The translations under genes were made by a program, and so were the position numbers. Below, in pieces: positions 33,400 to 47,995 of a stretch of DNA of 64,000 nt; position 1 is the first letter of the stretch, and every line of letters starts with the position of its first letter. This stretch comes from the human T2T-CHM13v2.0 reference genome, Homo sapiens. The notes beneath the pieces were generated by a model that worked only from the letters and a program-made list of their open reading frames with translations, was not told where the DNA came from and made no database searches. The DNA lies in the NCBI RefSeq assembly GCF_009914755.1, contig NC_060936.1. One strand, written 5' to 3'.

Positions 33400-33854
33400 A
33401 TCTTTGACTTTTGAAAGTTTGGCTACAATGCACCACGGGGAAGACCTTGAATTTTATTTGTGTGAGTTTCTCTGAGCTTCCTGCATCTAGATGTCTAAAT
33501 CTCTTTTTGTTAGACTTGGGAAGTTTTCACCTATAATTTTGTTAAACAGGTTTTCTGTCCCTTTTATTTTCTTTTCACCTTCTGGGACACTGAAAATTCA
33601 AATATGTCATGCAAGCTTTGTTCATTATTATTATTTTTTATGTTTTTAGTGTTCATCTGACTGGGTTATGTCAAAAGACCTGTCTTCAAATTCTGATTCT
33701 TTCTTCAACTTGATATAGTCTATTGTTAAAACTTTTGAATGTATTTTGTATTTCTTTCAATGAATTCTTCATTCCAGAGTTTGTCTTTGGTTCTTTGTTT
33801 TTATACCTGTCTCTTTAGTAAATTTCTCATTCATATTATGAATTGTTTTTCTGA

Positions 33855-34333
<479 letters not shown>

Positions 34334-35845
34334 CGATTTATTAAATTATCTTTTGTCAGGGAAACTTTTTCTTGAAGGTGTATCTATGCTGCCAGTTGGG
34401 TAAAGTTCCTTGGCTTTGATTTTGGGTGCAGGCAGTAGCATAGTCTCTATGATTTATTTGACTGTAAACAGTATCAGTAGTATCTATGATTCCTTCAGTG
34501 GCTTAGAGTGTGGTTATTAGTGGAAGCCTGTTGTAAAATTTTGCTGGGGACAGGGATGTGATGTGAATCAGTCTTTAGACCCCAGTGGTGGCAGCAGTGG
34601 GCCACATGTGCCTCTCCTAAGCTGCTCAGGACTTGGTGGATATGTGGGTCCTGGTGTGAGCTCCCTCTCTGAAGCAATGCCATCACATGATTTCCAGGCA
34701 GCTCTCTGTATCAGTTTCAGAGACCACATGGGTTGACAGACTTCCCCAAGGCTAGGACTGCAGGAGTACATGGTGGGAATGTGGATGGCTGGATTCATTC
34801 ACTTAATCTTTCCTCATATTTTAGGGAGCCTCTCTAGGCTCATAGATGATGCTAGCTGAGCAGGCTGCCTTACTTCTCTCTTCTTCCTTACCTTAGGCAT
34901 TTCCTGTAATTTCTCTGTTGAATTCAAAATTATATTTTAGATGATAAGTCTGATTACCTACTCACTCCATTGGTTCTTCTCTGTGGAGCAGGCAAGTACC
35001 AGATGCCTCTAGCCTACCGTCTTGAAGACACCCTCCAAGACAAGTTTCTTAAAGGAGGTATGCTAAGGTAGAACCTTTTTTTTGTTAGAAGTTATAAAAT
35101 TCCAATGGAATGAGTATATACAAAAAGAGAACATTATTGGTTCATGTAAACATGATGTTGGCTATTATCAGTGCTTACTTGTTCCTGCGTTTGTCTCTGC
35201 CTCACCTGCCTAACAGCTTGTTCTTTCAGCCTTGCTTTCTTCATGAAGCTGGAACTGTAGCCAGCTCTAAGTTCACTTCATGCCAGATGCATAAGCAAAG
35301 GAGAAAGGATCTCCAATTACACCTCGCAAACCGACATTCATTCTGTGCAAATGAGAAATATCTCAGGGGAGGACCCAGGCCCGACTTGGGCCACACACAC
35401 ACCCATTGGCCAGTCACTGTGAAACAATTTTGTAGACCGGTTGTGAGGGCAGAAGTAGAATTTAACAACCTTTTCTGGAACCACATAATTGAAGGAAGGG
35501 GGAAAAGTTCCCCCTAAATGATTTTGGACGCACAGTTACCAGAAGAAGAGATAAAGATAAGGAGAAGAAAAAGGAAAAAATAAAAACAGAAACAGTATAT
35601 ACTCTAGGAGGTACATATGGAGTATCATGGGAATTTAGAAGAAAGAGATTATTTCTTAGAAGAATTCAGTGAAATCTGATGGAGTCTTTAAAAAATGAAG
35701 GAATATATACTCTCAAGTGGTTGCAAAGAACATTTCAGGATAGACAATACCAGCTTGAAAATATGAGTTCAGTGTAGATGTTTTAAAAATAAGAAAAGCA
35801 GAGTAGTTAAGTGTAGTTAACTACACTTTGAAATTAATTTTTAGT

Positions 35846-36142
35846 TTATTTTATTTTTTTGAGATGGAATCTCGCTCTGTTGCCCAGGCTGGAGTGCAGT
35901 GGCTCTATCTCAGCTCACTGCAAGCTCCGCCTCCTGGGTTCACACCATTCTCCTGCCTCAACCTCCTGAGTAGCTGGGACTGCTGGCGCCTGCCACCACG
36001 CCCGGTTAATTTTTTGTATTTTTAGTAGAGACAGGGTTTCACCGTGTTAGCCAGGATGGTCTCAATCTCCTGAGCTCGTGATTCGCCCGCCTTGGCCTCC
36101 CAAAGTGCTGGGATTCACAGACGTGAGCCACTGCACCCAGCC
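35846..36142 (-). mobile_element. AluY-like element
   Basis: TSD tgaaattaattttt(t)agt. Confidence 0.93.
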
Positions 36143-36443
36143 TGAAATTAATTTTTTAGTCCACATGAAGCAGATGAGGAACATCAAAACCATCTTTAAA
36201 TATATCAGTCTTGTAGATGTTTGTGAATTAAATTGATTGACAGAGACAGACTAACGAGAAGTTATTTCAGTGATCTATGTGGAAAGTCTTGAGAGCCTGA
36301 ATGTAATGAGAATAATACCAAGATATAAGCAGAATCTTGCACTGAACATTGCCAAATATTAAATACTGTCCCTAGTTATTTGTCAGTGATATTTTAATGA
36401 TTATTGCCATCTTCCTCTTTTTTCCCCATTCTCCAAAACTGCA

Positions 36444-36513
36444 TTATTATAATATACAGTATTATAATATATATATTATATATATAATAATATATATATT
36501 ATATAATATAATA
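36444..36513. repeat. AT-only low-complexity (TA)n-like tract
   Basis: Read directly from the sequence. Confidence 0.85.
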
Positions 36514-36585
36514 AGGTTATGGATTAACTCCTCTTAATTATCTGAAAAGAGATAACGTTCATGTGCTCAGCACACAACTAAGTAG

Positions 36586-36861
<276 letters not shown>

Positions 36862-37414
36862 CAATGGATAGAATGGGCTGTGTTTCCAAACAGATTGACT
36901 TGTCAAAGACTCTCTTCAAGCCAGCACAACATTTAGACACAACACTGTAGAAATTTGAGATGGGCAAATGGCTATTGCATTTTGGGATTCTTCGCATTTT
37001 GTGTGTATATTTTTACAGTGAGGTACATTGTTAAAAACTTTTTGCTCAAAGAAGCTTTCACATTGCAACACCAGCTTCTAAGGATTTTTTAAGGAGGGAA
37101 TATATATGTGTGTGTGTATATAAGCTCCCACATAGATACATGTAAAACATATTCACACCCATGCACGCACACACATACACACTGAAGGCCACGATTGCTG
37201 GCTCCACAATTTAGTAACATTTATATTAAGATATATATATAGTGGTCACTGTGATATAATAAATCATAAAGGAAACCAAATCACAAAGGAGATGGTGTGG
37301 CTTAGCAAGGAAACAGTGCAGGAAATGTAGGTTACCAACTAAGCAGCTTTTGCTCTTAGTACTGAGGGATGAAAGTTCCAGAGCATTATTTGAATTCTGA
37401 TACATCCTGCCAAC

Positions 37415-37416
<2 letters not shown>

Positions 37417-37458
<42 letters not shown>
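37417..37458 (+). repeat. (TG)21 microsatellite in the PDE3A 3' UTR
   Basis: Read directly from the sequence. Confidence 0.97.
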
Positions 37459-37463
<5 letters not shown>

Positions 37464-40400
37464 GAGACAGAAGGGAATGGTTTGAGAGGGTGCTTGTGTG
37501 CATGTGTGTGCATATGTAAAGAGATTTTTGTGGTTTAAGTAACTCAGAATAGCTGTAGCAAATGACTGAATACATGTGAACAAACAGAAGGAAGTTCACT
37601 CTGGAGTGTCTTTGGGAGGCAGCCATTCCAAATGCCCTCCTCCATTTAGCTTCAATAAAGGGCCTTTTGCTGGTGGAGGGCACTCAAGGGCTGGGTGAGA
37701 GGGCCACGTGTTTGGTATTACATTACTGCTATGCACCACTTGAAGGAGCTCTATCACCAGCCTCAAACCCGAAAGACTGAGGCATTTTCCAGTCTACTTG
37801 CCTAATGAATGTATAGGAACTGTCTATGAGTATGGATGTCACTCAACTAAGATCAAATCACCATTTAAGGGGATGGCATTCTTTATACCTAAACACCTAA
37901 GAGCTGAAGTCAGGTCTTTTAATCAGGTTAGAATTCTAAATGATGCCAGAGAAGGCTTGGGAAATTGTACTTCAGCGTGATAGCCTGTGTCTTCTTAATT
38001 TGCTGCAAAATATGTGGTAGAGAAAGAAAAGGAAACAGAAAAATCACTCTGGGTTATATAGCAAGAGATGAAGGAGAATATTTCAACACAGGGTTTTTGT
38101 GTTGACATAGGAAAAGCCTGATTCTTGGCAACTGTTGTAGTTTGTCTTTCAGGGGTGAAGGTCCCACTGACAACCCCTGTTGTGGTGTTCCACACGCTGT
38201 TTGTTGGGGTAGCTTCCATCGGCAGTCTGGCCCATTGTCAGTCATGCTTCTTCTGGCCGGGGAGATTATAGAGAGATTGTTTGAAGATCGGGTTATTATT
38301 GAAAGTCTTTTTTTTTGTTTGTTTTGTTTTGGTTTGTTTGTTTATCTACACTTGTTTATGCTGTGAGCCAAACCTCTATTTAAAAAGTTGATACTCACTT
38401 TCAATATTTTATTTCATATTATTATATATGTCATGATAGTTATCTTGATGTAAATATGAAGATTTTTTTGTTTCTGTAGATAGTAAACTCTTTTTTTAAA
38501 AAAGGAAAAGGGAAACATTTTTATAAAGTTATATTTTAATCACCATTTTTATACATTGTAGTTCTCTCCAAGCCCAGTAAGAGAATGATGATTCATTTGC
38601 ATGGAGGTCGATGGACAACCAATCATCTACCTTTTCTAATTTAAATGATAATCTGATATAGTTTTATTGCCAGTTAAATGAGGATGCTGCAAAGCATGTT
38701 TTTTCACTAGTAACTTTTGCTAACTGAATGAATTCTGGGTCCATATCTCCCAGATGAAAAACTGTTAACCAATACCATATTTTATAGTTGGTGTCCATTT
38801 CTTTCCAACACTGTTTGTTATGATTCTTCCTTCAGTACTTATATACAGACCTGCTCATTATCTAAACAATCTTACCTTCTAAGTAAACCTTGATTGTGAT
38901 TTCCAGTTTTTATTTTCTCTGACGTAGTAGAAAGGAATGTTTACATTAAAAATACTTTTGTTTCTCATAAATGGATATTGTACTCCCCCCTTTCAAAGCA
39001 TTATTTTACAATAATTCATGGCATTTTAAAAAATAAGGCAAAGATAATACGACAAAAAATATACATGGTTTCAAGGCAAATTCTCCAATAAGTTGGAAAA
39101 TGTAAAAAGGATCAAGTGGATGCAGCCTCTACCTAAATAATTAAAATATATTTCAGTATATTTCTGAATTAACACCAGGTCTTCATTATTTAGAACTTAC
39201 TAAATTGTTTTCATTTTCTTAGTTTTACCTGTGTATCTCCATGTTTGCAAAAATTACTATAAGTCAAATTTTGCCAGTGAATTTAACTATTTTTCTTTCC
39301 TTGCAATTAAGGGGAAAAAAGCATTTATCTTATCTTCTCATACCCCTTGCATCTAAGTACTTAGCAAAGTCAATATTTTCCCATTTTCCAAATGCGTCCA
39401 TCTCTAACATAAATATTAATTGAACATAGAGCTATGTTTGGAGTGAGTGGACTGGCAGGACAGTTGGAAGTCCATCACAGTCTATTGACAGTTTCATCAA
39501 AGCTGTATAGTCCAACTAGTGGGGCAGCTTGGCTACTATGGTGGAAGTCTCAGCAAACTGCCTGGTTTTGTTTGTTTGTTTTGTTTTAAGGTACAGGAAA
39601 TAAGAGGAATAATAGTGGCCAAAGCAATTAGAACATCTTCATTCCAGAACTGTGTTCAGCAATCCAGGCAGATTGATACATTTTTCTTTAAAAATAAATT
39701 GCTATTACAGCTAGACGTCAATTGGGATAAATAAAGGGATGAAGATCCACTAAGTTTGTGACTTTCATACACACCCAGTACATCTCAAAGGATGCTAAGG
39801 GACATTTTCTGCCAGTAGAGTTCTCCCCCTTTTTGGTGACAGCAATATTATTATGTTCACATCTAACTCCAGAGCTTACTTCCTGTGGTGCCAATGTATT
39901 TGTTGCAATTTACTACATTTTTATATGAGCCTATTTATAGGTGCCATTAAACTCAGGTCTTTCAAATGAAAGAGTTTCTAGCCCACTTAGGGAAAAAGAT
40001 AATTGTTTAGAAAACCATAAAATCAATGGTAGGAAAAGTTGGAACTGGTTACCTGGATGCCATGGTTCTCTGTTAAATAAAGTAAGAGACCAGGTGTATT
40101 CTGAGTGTCATCAGTGTTATTTTCAGCATGCTAATAAATGTCTTTCCGGTTATATATCTATCTAAATTAACCTTTAAAATATTGGTTTCCTTGATAAAAG
40201 CACCACTTTTGCTTTTGTTAGCTGTAATATTTTTTGTCATTTAGATAAGACCTGGTTTGGCTCTCAATAAAAGATGAAGACAGTAGCTCTGTACAGGGAT
40301 ATATCTATATTAGTCTTCATCTGATGAATGAAGAAATTTTCTCATATTATGTTCAAGAAAGTATTTACTTCCTAAAAATAGAATTCCCGATTCTGTCTAT

Positions 40401-40636
40401 TTTGGTTGAATACCAGAACAAATCTTTCCGTTGCAATCCCAGTAAAACGAAAGAAAAGGAATATCTTACAGACTGTTCATATTAGATGTATGTAGACTGT
40501 TAATTTGCAGTTTCCCCATATTTCCTGCCTATCTTACCCAGATAACTTTCTTTGAAGGTAAAAGCTGTGCAAAAGGCATGAGACTCAGGCCTACTCTTTG
40601 TTTAAATGATGGAAAAATATAAATTATTTTCTAAGT

Positions 40637-40669
40637 AATAAAAGTATAAAAATTATCATTATAAATAAA
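40637..40669 (+). terminator. Candidate PDE3A polyadenylation signals
   Basis: AATAAA at 40637-40642 and 40664-40669, followed by a UG-rich element (ttgtgtgatt) near 40710. Confidence 0.6.
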
Positions 40670-41718
40670 GTCTAAAGTTTGAAATTATTAATTTATAAAA
40701 GTGAACTAATTGTGTGATTATCAAATCCTGATTAATGAGAAGTGAATAATCTAAAAATCATTTATATTCTACTGTGGGAGGTATTCTTGGTGCTTCCATG
40801 TCAGTATCGGGCTCTCCATTGTCCTCATCATTTATAGTACTTCTAAAATAATAATGGAAACCTCAATAAGGGTCTTGTCCTCTTCTGTCATCCTAACCCT
40901 GATTCTAGTTTAATGCCTTTCCTGACTTATATGCCATTTGTAAATAAACTTCCTTTCAAACTGTTAGAACGCTCCAATAAAACAAAGTTCTATGAACTTT
41001 CATAGTCTAGAAAAACCAACAAGATCCCCCTTATTTAGAGATTATTAGCTAATGTGTGAAAGAAATATCAATAGAAGTTCAAATGCTAATAGCTCAATTC
41101 CAGATAATTGAAAGCTAAAATATCTATGTACTTTGAAGCCAAACTGAGTTTATTTCATTGATCGAACAAGCAGCAACACATTTTATGACCATTGTCCTAG
41201 GTCGTTTGTGTCTTTATGAATTTGCTGATATTGTCAGTTCATTTTTTAAATCTTCAACAAAATTCAATTTTAAGATTAAGAAATCAGCAATTTTAGGTAA
41301 AGAATATTCCAAGATTAAATTGTTCTTTTTAAGAAATATATCAGTTTTAGGTCCTATGTTCACACATCAATTTGTTCATCTGGAAGATATTCAAATTCTT
41401 ATTGGGAATGAATTACACTACAAACAATGAGTTGAGCTAAAAACTATACATAACTTAAATTGAGATTTGCATACGTATTTGTGTGTTTCACACCAAAGAC
41501 CCATGCTCAGAGAATGGTAACATATTTTCCAGTCTATGTTATGCACCATGGATGTTAGGCAATGTGTGCTATTGCCAACACATGGTATTTGTTGAAATAC
41601 ATGTTGCTTTGACCTTACCTAATGGTGCTTTTACCTAACTTGAAGTGCTTTTTGTGTTCCCACCAGCAAATCATTCTAACAGCAGGCTAACAATGGTGAA
41701 GTAAAATGAACATTTTTG

Positions 41719-42021
<303 letters not shown>

Positions 42022-45000
42022 GAACATTTTTTGGCAAAATATGAAGACACGAAACTGAAGATAAAGGCTTCATTTCCATAGTGGAAATCAGTGTTTACCT
42101 GCTGATTCAAAAATACTGACCTAGTATCAGTGTAGGTAAGACCATAAAATACAGTGTATAGAATTATATATAAATGGAAAACAAAATTAGCTTTTGACAT
42201 ATGTTTAAGTCTCTAAAAGGAATCCACATTTTCTTTCCAGATACAGCTAGTTTTTCTCCACATGTTTTTAAGGTTGATTTCCTTGACACACATTGGTATC
42301 CTTGGGTTTCTGCTTCCTTGAAAAGTTGTGGAGCACAGAAGAAAAGCCTTCTCTTTACAGATAAAAAATGTTGAACATGTTCATGTTCTGACAATGAAGC
42401 AATGATTTCCTCATTGCTTTGCATTAAGAAGTGGTTCTTTAGTTATGCAAATAATTCAATAACCAAAAATGCTTCAAAGAGTAATAATAAATCACCATAG
42501 GTAAGTATTCTCAAGAATGTTTAAATTTGGTTTATTTTCTTGAAGCAAAGTTATTTAATTTTTTAATTTTTAACTTAAAATGAAACCCACAAAATGACAT
42601 TCCGTGGTACTGAGTATTTTCACATAATCAGAACTGTAAACTACTGATTATTTTCATATACTCAGAGGCTGAATATTTTGATATAATAAGAACTAGTATC
42701 ATATAACAGAAAACTAGAAAGAAGGTTTAATTCTTTTTCTAATATTCTACAAGCCTCATGGGGAAAATGTTTTATGAAGGATTCAAATACATTAGATAAA
42801 AATTAGTGTCAATAATTTAACTTTGTACAAATTATAGTCTGAGATCTTCTGAGTTTTCCTAAGACAAAGGAGTGTATTATCCAGCAATTTATTGTTTTGT
42901 GTTGTTATAAAATAAATGTTCTATTAATGTATATTTTATTTTACTAAGTTCTAACACAAAAGGCCAAATACTTATCTTTCCTACTAAGAAAAATTAAACC
43001 TTATTAATCTTGACTTTCACAGATGAAACACTGACCAGTCAATAAACAACAGCCACTGCATTAATCTGCCCAGCATGATCAGATAGTAGGTTAGAATTTG
43101 AAATTCATTAATAAAAAATTAATAACAAAACTTTGTAAGCCTTAATGGTTTAATATTTCCGTGTCATTGAAAGTTCCTATTTCAAATTAAACAAACTACA
43201 GCAGGATATTTTTCCTTTCCTGTTTCAAAACAAAAACCAGATGAAGAAAAAACAAAGACAAACTCATAGGAGGAAAGCATGGCTTCTCTTCAATTATACT
43301 TCTCTTACTCAATATTAGTAACCAAAAAATAAGCAGAAATTCTCCTCTGCCATAATTAAAAGAAAGAATGGCCTTCGACTTAAGTTCTAGTTCCTCAAGC
43401 CTGCTTTCCTTGTAAAGTCCATGGTACTAAGAAGCAAAAAATGCAGAGCTGTGGATTGGGAGTGAACACTACATAAAATTTGCAGGGTATCCCAGGACAC
43501 CCCTCAGTCTTTAATACAAACCAATTTAGTTACTCTGGAGTGAAATGACTTGTGGATACACTGTTCAACCATGACTTCCTTTATGACAAGGAGCACTTAT
43601 ACATGTTTCCAAATGTGAATTAGCCCTTGAATTAGTTTGAAAACTGCTACTTGAATAACTTTTGAAGAGAAAGATTTTCTTTCCGGTAATTTTACTCCCT
43701 AAAAAAGGCAAAATACTCAGATGTTCAATGTGAAATTACAAATAGTTGTTTGAAGTATATATACTTCAATAAATAGTTCTTTGTGTATATAAAGTGTTGG
43801 TTCATAGCAGTTTCCTTGTCCCTTTTCTTTTTAAAATTCCCAACTGATTATGGGTCAAAAACTCCATCTTATATCAGTGATGATTTCATTTTAACTATTT
43901 ATAAGGATAATTTAGTATTATAGTATTGCTAACTTTAATAATTCTACCATATCTATATATTACCTGTTAGTGAGGTTTTAATGGCTTTACTTAATACATA
44001 TTTGTTCATCAGCTTAAAAAATCACTAAATTTTTTATACTCTGTAAAATATTTGCATGGGAATTTTAGCTTATTATGTTTGCTTAACTGGTGTTTTTTCA
44101 CTTATGACTGTCAGTTTATGTCTTAATGTATTCTCACAGAAGAATGCATACCATTTTTGTTCCAACAAGAACAATCTGTTAGTTGATAAGCACTGGTAAT
44201 AAATATCACTGAACCCACCCACCCCCTGATATTTCTTCCTCAAGTTTTCTATCATGCAAATCACAAAATGAAAATTGGTGCTTTTACAAATATTTGAAAG
44301 CTCTCAATGCAAAATAATAAAAATGAGATTCTCCCTGGCTTTCTATAATATATTAGGATATGTGACTGAAGGAACTTTAATCTGAATTTAGAGTGTTTTA
44401 GGTTTTGGTTGGTTTGAATAATTTGATTTGCATTTTGGTATTAAAATGTGCTCTGATTTCTGCGGGCACTTGTTCTGACCAGTCATTACCTCCTCCCAAC
44501 AGAAAAAAAAAAAAAAAAAAAAAAAAACTGGCATTGGCAAGTTTTAATTAATATGGCCCAAAAATTTGACCTTGAAGGATATTTGTAAACCAGAGAGTAT
44601 TTAATTAACTAAATTTACTGTTTCTGAAAAGCAATATTTTCAAATAACTGCCAACCAAAGTGACACTATAGGGATGTCATTTGTACATGACAATTTTTAA
44701 CAATGTAATTCTTACCACTCTCGACAGACCTGAATATGTTTACTAATAACTTTGCCAAATTTTTCAACTTCTAGAATAACAAGAGTGAGTCTTTTGAACT
44801 TCATCATTTTGCAATTGAAATAAATCTTGTCCTTTCACCTATATCTTCCATTTAATATATGTAGCAATACTTAGTATCATCCCATCACAAGTATTGTTAG
44901 GCGACTTAGTGGCGGAGAAATGTTTGTAAAAAGTAGAATCTGTACAGAAAAAAAACTAGATCAATTGTATTTATTTTTATTATTTTTTAGCTTAGATACT

Positions 45001-45743
45001 ATGTTGATGCTCCCTTTTTGCCAGAATTACTGGAAGTGCCTCTTGGTTTTATATATATAATATATAAATATTACAGTAAATATATACTCAAAATTATTAA
45101 AATTATGTCCTAGATTATCTATGTCGATGTTATGAGTGAAGATAATGTATAATATAAAAATAATTCTGCAGTATTATGATTTGTGTAGTATTTGTACAAT
45201 CCACTTCCTCCAGTCCTCTGAAGGCATCCTTTCCTCTTATATGCAAATACCATGGTGTGGTACCTAACTTACTCTGTTGTGAGACGACATCTATTGGCCT
45301 TCCTACAATATCCAAAGAACCTTGTGGGGCTTATATTCTCGTGGTCACATCTTTCTCACTATCACTAATGAATTCATAGCCACATTTAGTCATCATCTAA
45401 CTTTCTGCAACTAAGTTGTGTCCTTTCTTTAATCAAATAGCACCAAAGCCAAAATACCCACATTTCTGGCATTCAGCTTTAGAGTCCTATAAAATAGACA
45501 GTTGTATTTCTACCTAGGTTTCCTAAGAAATTGATTCTTCAATCTACACCTATTATTTCCCCATTACCTATGATATCAAATCCCAACTCCTAAGCCTGAT
45601 GTTTTCAAATCCCCCTTTGCTCTGGCCTGAAACTACCCTCTCCAGCTTCCTGCTCCAAAAGGAACCTTCCACTTATCATTTATATTTCTTTATCTCAGGC
45701 AAATACATCAGTTGAGTTAGTGCACTTTCTATAAACATACACT

Positions 45744-45744
45744 T

Positions 45745-45782
<38 letters not shown>

Positions 45783-45784
45783 AC
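45744..45784. repeat. (TC)n(CA)n compound microsatellite
   Basis: Read directly from the sequence. Confidence 0.93.
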
Positions 45785-46325
45785 TTCCAACTATACACAG
45801 CACAAGAAGACGAGATTGACTATCTCTTCTTCAGGTGTGAATTTTACTCCTCTCTCAGGGTTTTCCTCTTACAATCATGTCATGGCTCTGAGTGGACGGG
45901 AGATGATTGCTTGGCAGTCTAGTCTGAACCTTTAACGCCATCCTTCAATTAAGTGTTCTTAAAACAAGTCTTAAGGAAGGAAAATTTAAATTACATGGTG
46001 TGAGGGATAATAATGGGTAAGTTCTAATGGAGACTAACATCCAGGCCAGAGAAGAGGGATTATTCTGATCATTACCTAAAATAGGAAGCCTGAGACATCA
46101 GATTAGTGTGTCCTTGTTCACACCAATTCACACGTAGTCCAGCTTTACAGGTCACCCCCAAGCCTGTAAATTCTACCCCATGTGGTTCAGCAGGCTTTGG
46201 GGGTGCTTTCTATCTCTAAAATTTTTGGTTCGACTTGTTCAGATGAAATAATTTCCAGTAAGGGATACTTTCACCAGAATACACAGTGGTTCCATTACCC
46301 TGGAGCCAAGGCTACTATTTGGATA

Positions 46326-46444
46326 TTTTTTTATACTTTAAGTTTTAGGGTACATGTGCACAACGTGCAGGTTTGTTACATATGTATACATGTGCCATTT
46401 TGGTTTGCTGCACCCGTTAACTCGTCATTTAACATTAGGTATAT
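46326..46444 (-). mobile_element. Very short L1PA 3' end (about 120 bp)
   Basis: tatactttaagttttagggtacatgtgcac...cattaggtata. Confidence 0.9.
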
Positions 46445-47021
46445 TTTGTTGTCTCATGTTACTGAACCATCAGGGTAGAAAGTGATTGATCCCAGTTTAC
46501 TAGGCTGAAGTGTGGTTTCTGATATCAAAACAGTGGCAAGAAAGATTGTGTTTGGAATGCAAAGAATTCTGCATGGAGCCCTTAATGCTTCCATGTTACA
46601 TAGTGAGTGTGGTGGGACACTGGAGTCACCCAATAAAAACAGAACCACTAAGAAAATTGACCTTGCAAGAATTAACTTGCAGGTCATCCTATCAGTAAAA
46701 ATGTTCCACCATGAGAAGTCCTAACAGAGGGCAATGAAAACGTGGAATGGATAGTGGAAAACAAAAGTTTTATGTCAACATTGGCTTCGTAGTCAAATAT
46801 AGAAATAAATTTGGAATTTATCCACTAACACTTTTTAATCTATTTACATATGTGTATATCTGTCTCTGTATCATTTATTTAAAACTCAATATGAAAATTT
46901 TCAAATGTATTCAAACAAGAGAGAATAGTAGAGTGAACACCAGGTGCCTATCACCTAGCTCAAACAATTAATATACTGCCAATCTGTTCCATACATACCT
47001 CCCAATATTTAGTACATCTCC

Positions 47022-47118
47022 TCTATATGAAAATATATGAAATTCTATATGAATATATGAATTTCTATATGAAAATATAGAAATATAGAAATATATGAAT
47101 TTCTATATGAAAATATAA
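47022..47118. repeat. Imperfect ~21-22-nt AT-rich minisatellite (tctatatgaaaatatatgaa(a/t)t)
   Basis: About four degenerate copies. Confidence 0.85.
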
Positions 47119-47744
47119 CATATCCTTCTATTAGTAAATGATTTGTAAAAAAAAAAAGAAAAGAAGTGCTATATTTACCTCTAAAACAATTATACCACCA
47201 TTATCATCCCTAAAAAAAACTAACACAAATTATTCAATACAACAAATATCCACAGTGTTCTCATTTCTGAGGTTATAAAACTTCTAAGAAGATTACAAAG
47301 AAGTCTTCTTGTTATAGTTTGTTTCTTTTTGAATAGGTGTACGAAGTCTGTACATTGTAATTGGTCAGTTCATTTCTTAAGTTAAAATATACAATTTCTC
47401 CCTCCTCTCCTTTTTTCCTTGTGGTTTTTGGTTGGAAAAAATATTGACTTATTTGTCCTAAATAGATTCTTTACTTTCAATTTTGCTGATTGTATCTTTT
47501 GTGGTGTCATTTAACTTGCTCTTCTCTTCCCTATATTTCTTATGGACTGGTACTTAAATCTAATCTGAGATTTGATAAGATTAGTTTTCTTTGGAAGTAA
47601 AAAGGAGGACTATTTCAAAGGTGGTGTTTCAAGCTTTTAACTTCCATCAGGATGTTGAAAATGGCTTGAGATTTTTGGTGATATTATTGGTCATTGATTA
47701 CCTTTCGCTAAATTCATTAATTCATTAGAGGTTTGAAAATTATA

Positions 47745-47995
47745 ATACTCTCACTTATAAGTGAGGCTAAACATTAGGTACACATGGACATAAAAATGGG
47801 AACAATAGACATGGCACATTACTTGAGGGGGAGATGGAGGAGAAAGGCAAGGGCTGAAAAACTACCTATTGGGTACCATGCTCACTATCTAGTTGATGGA
47901 ATCATTTTACCCCAAAACTCAGTGTCTCACAATATACCCATGTAAAAAATCTGCACATATACTCTCTGAATCTAAAATTAAAAATTATAAAATTA
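47745..47995 (+). mobile_element. L1PB/L1MA 3' end fragment
   Basis: ctcacttataagtg...aaaactacctattgggtac...ctgaatctaaaat. Confidence 0.8.

Larger units (their letters stand above)
36862..40695 (+). other. PDE3A: PDE3A 3' UTR up to a likely poly(A) site; a longer UTR extending to about 45 kb is possible
   Basis: About 3.8 kb with no recognisable retroelement after the stop codon, ending in tandem AATAAA hexamers; the exact end is inferred. Confidence 0.7.

Noticed and set aside
35110-35517. 135-aa ATG-initiated ORF in the last PDE3A intron
   Set aside because: No recognisable domain or convincing splice sites; the sequence looks like an old MLT-type LTR remnant
38400-38560. Oocyte CPE cluster (TTTTAT/TTTTAAT) in the PDE3A 3' UTR
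   Set aside because: Expected by chance in AT-rich sequence and about 2 kb from the candidate hexamers
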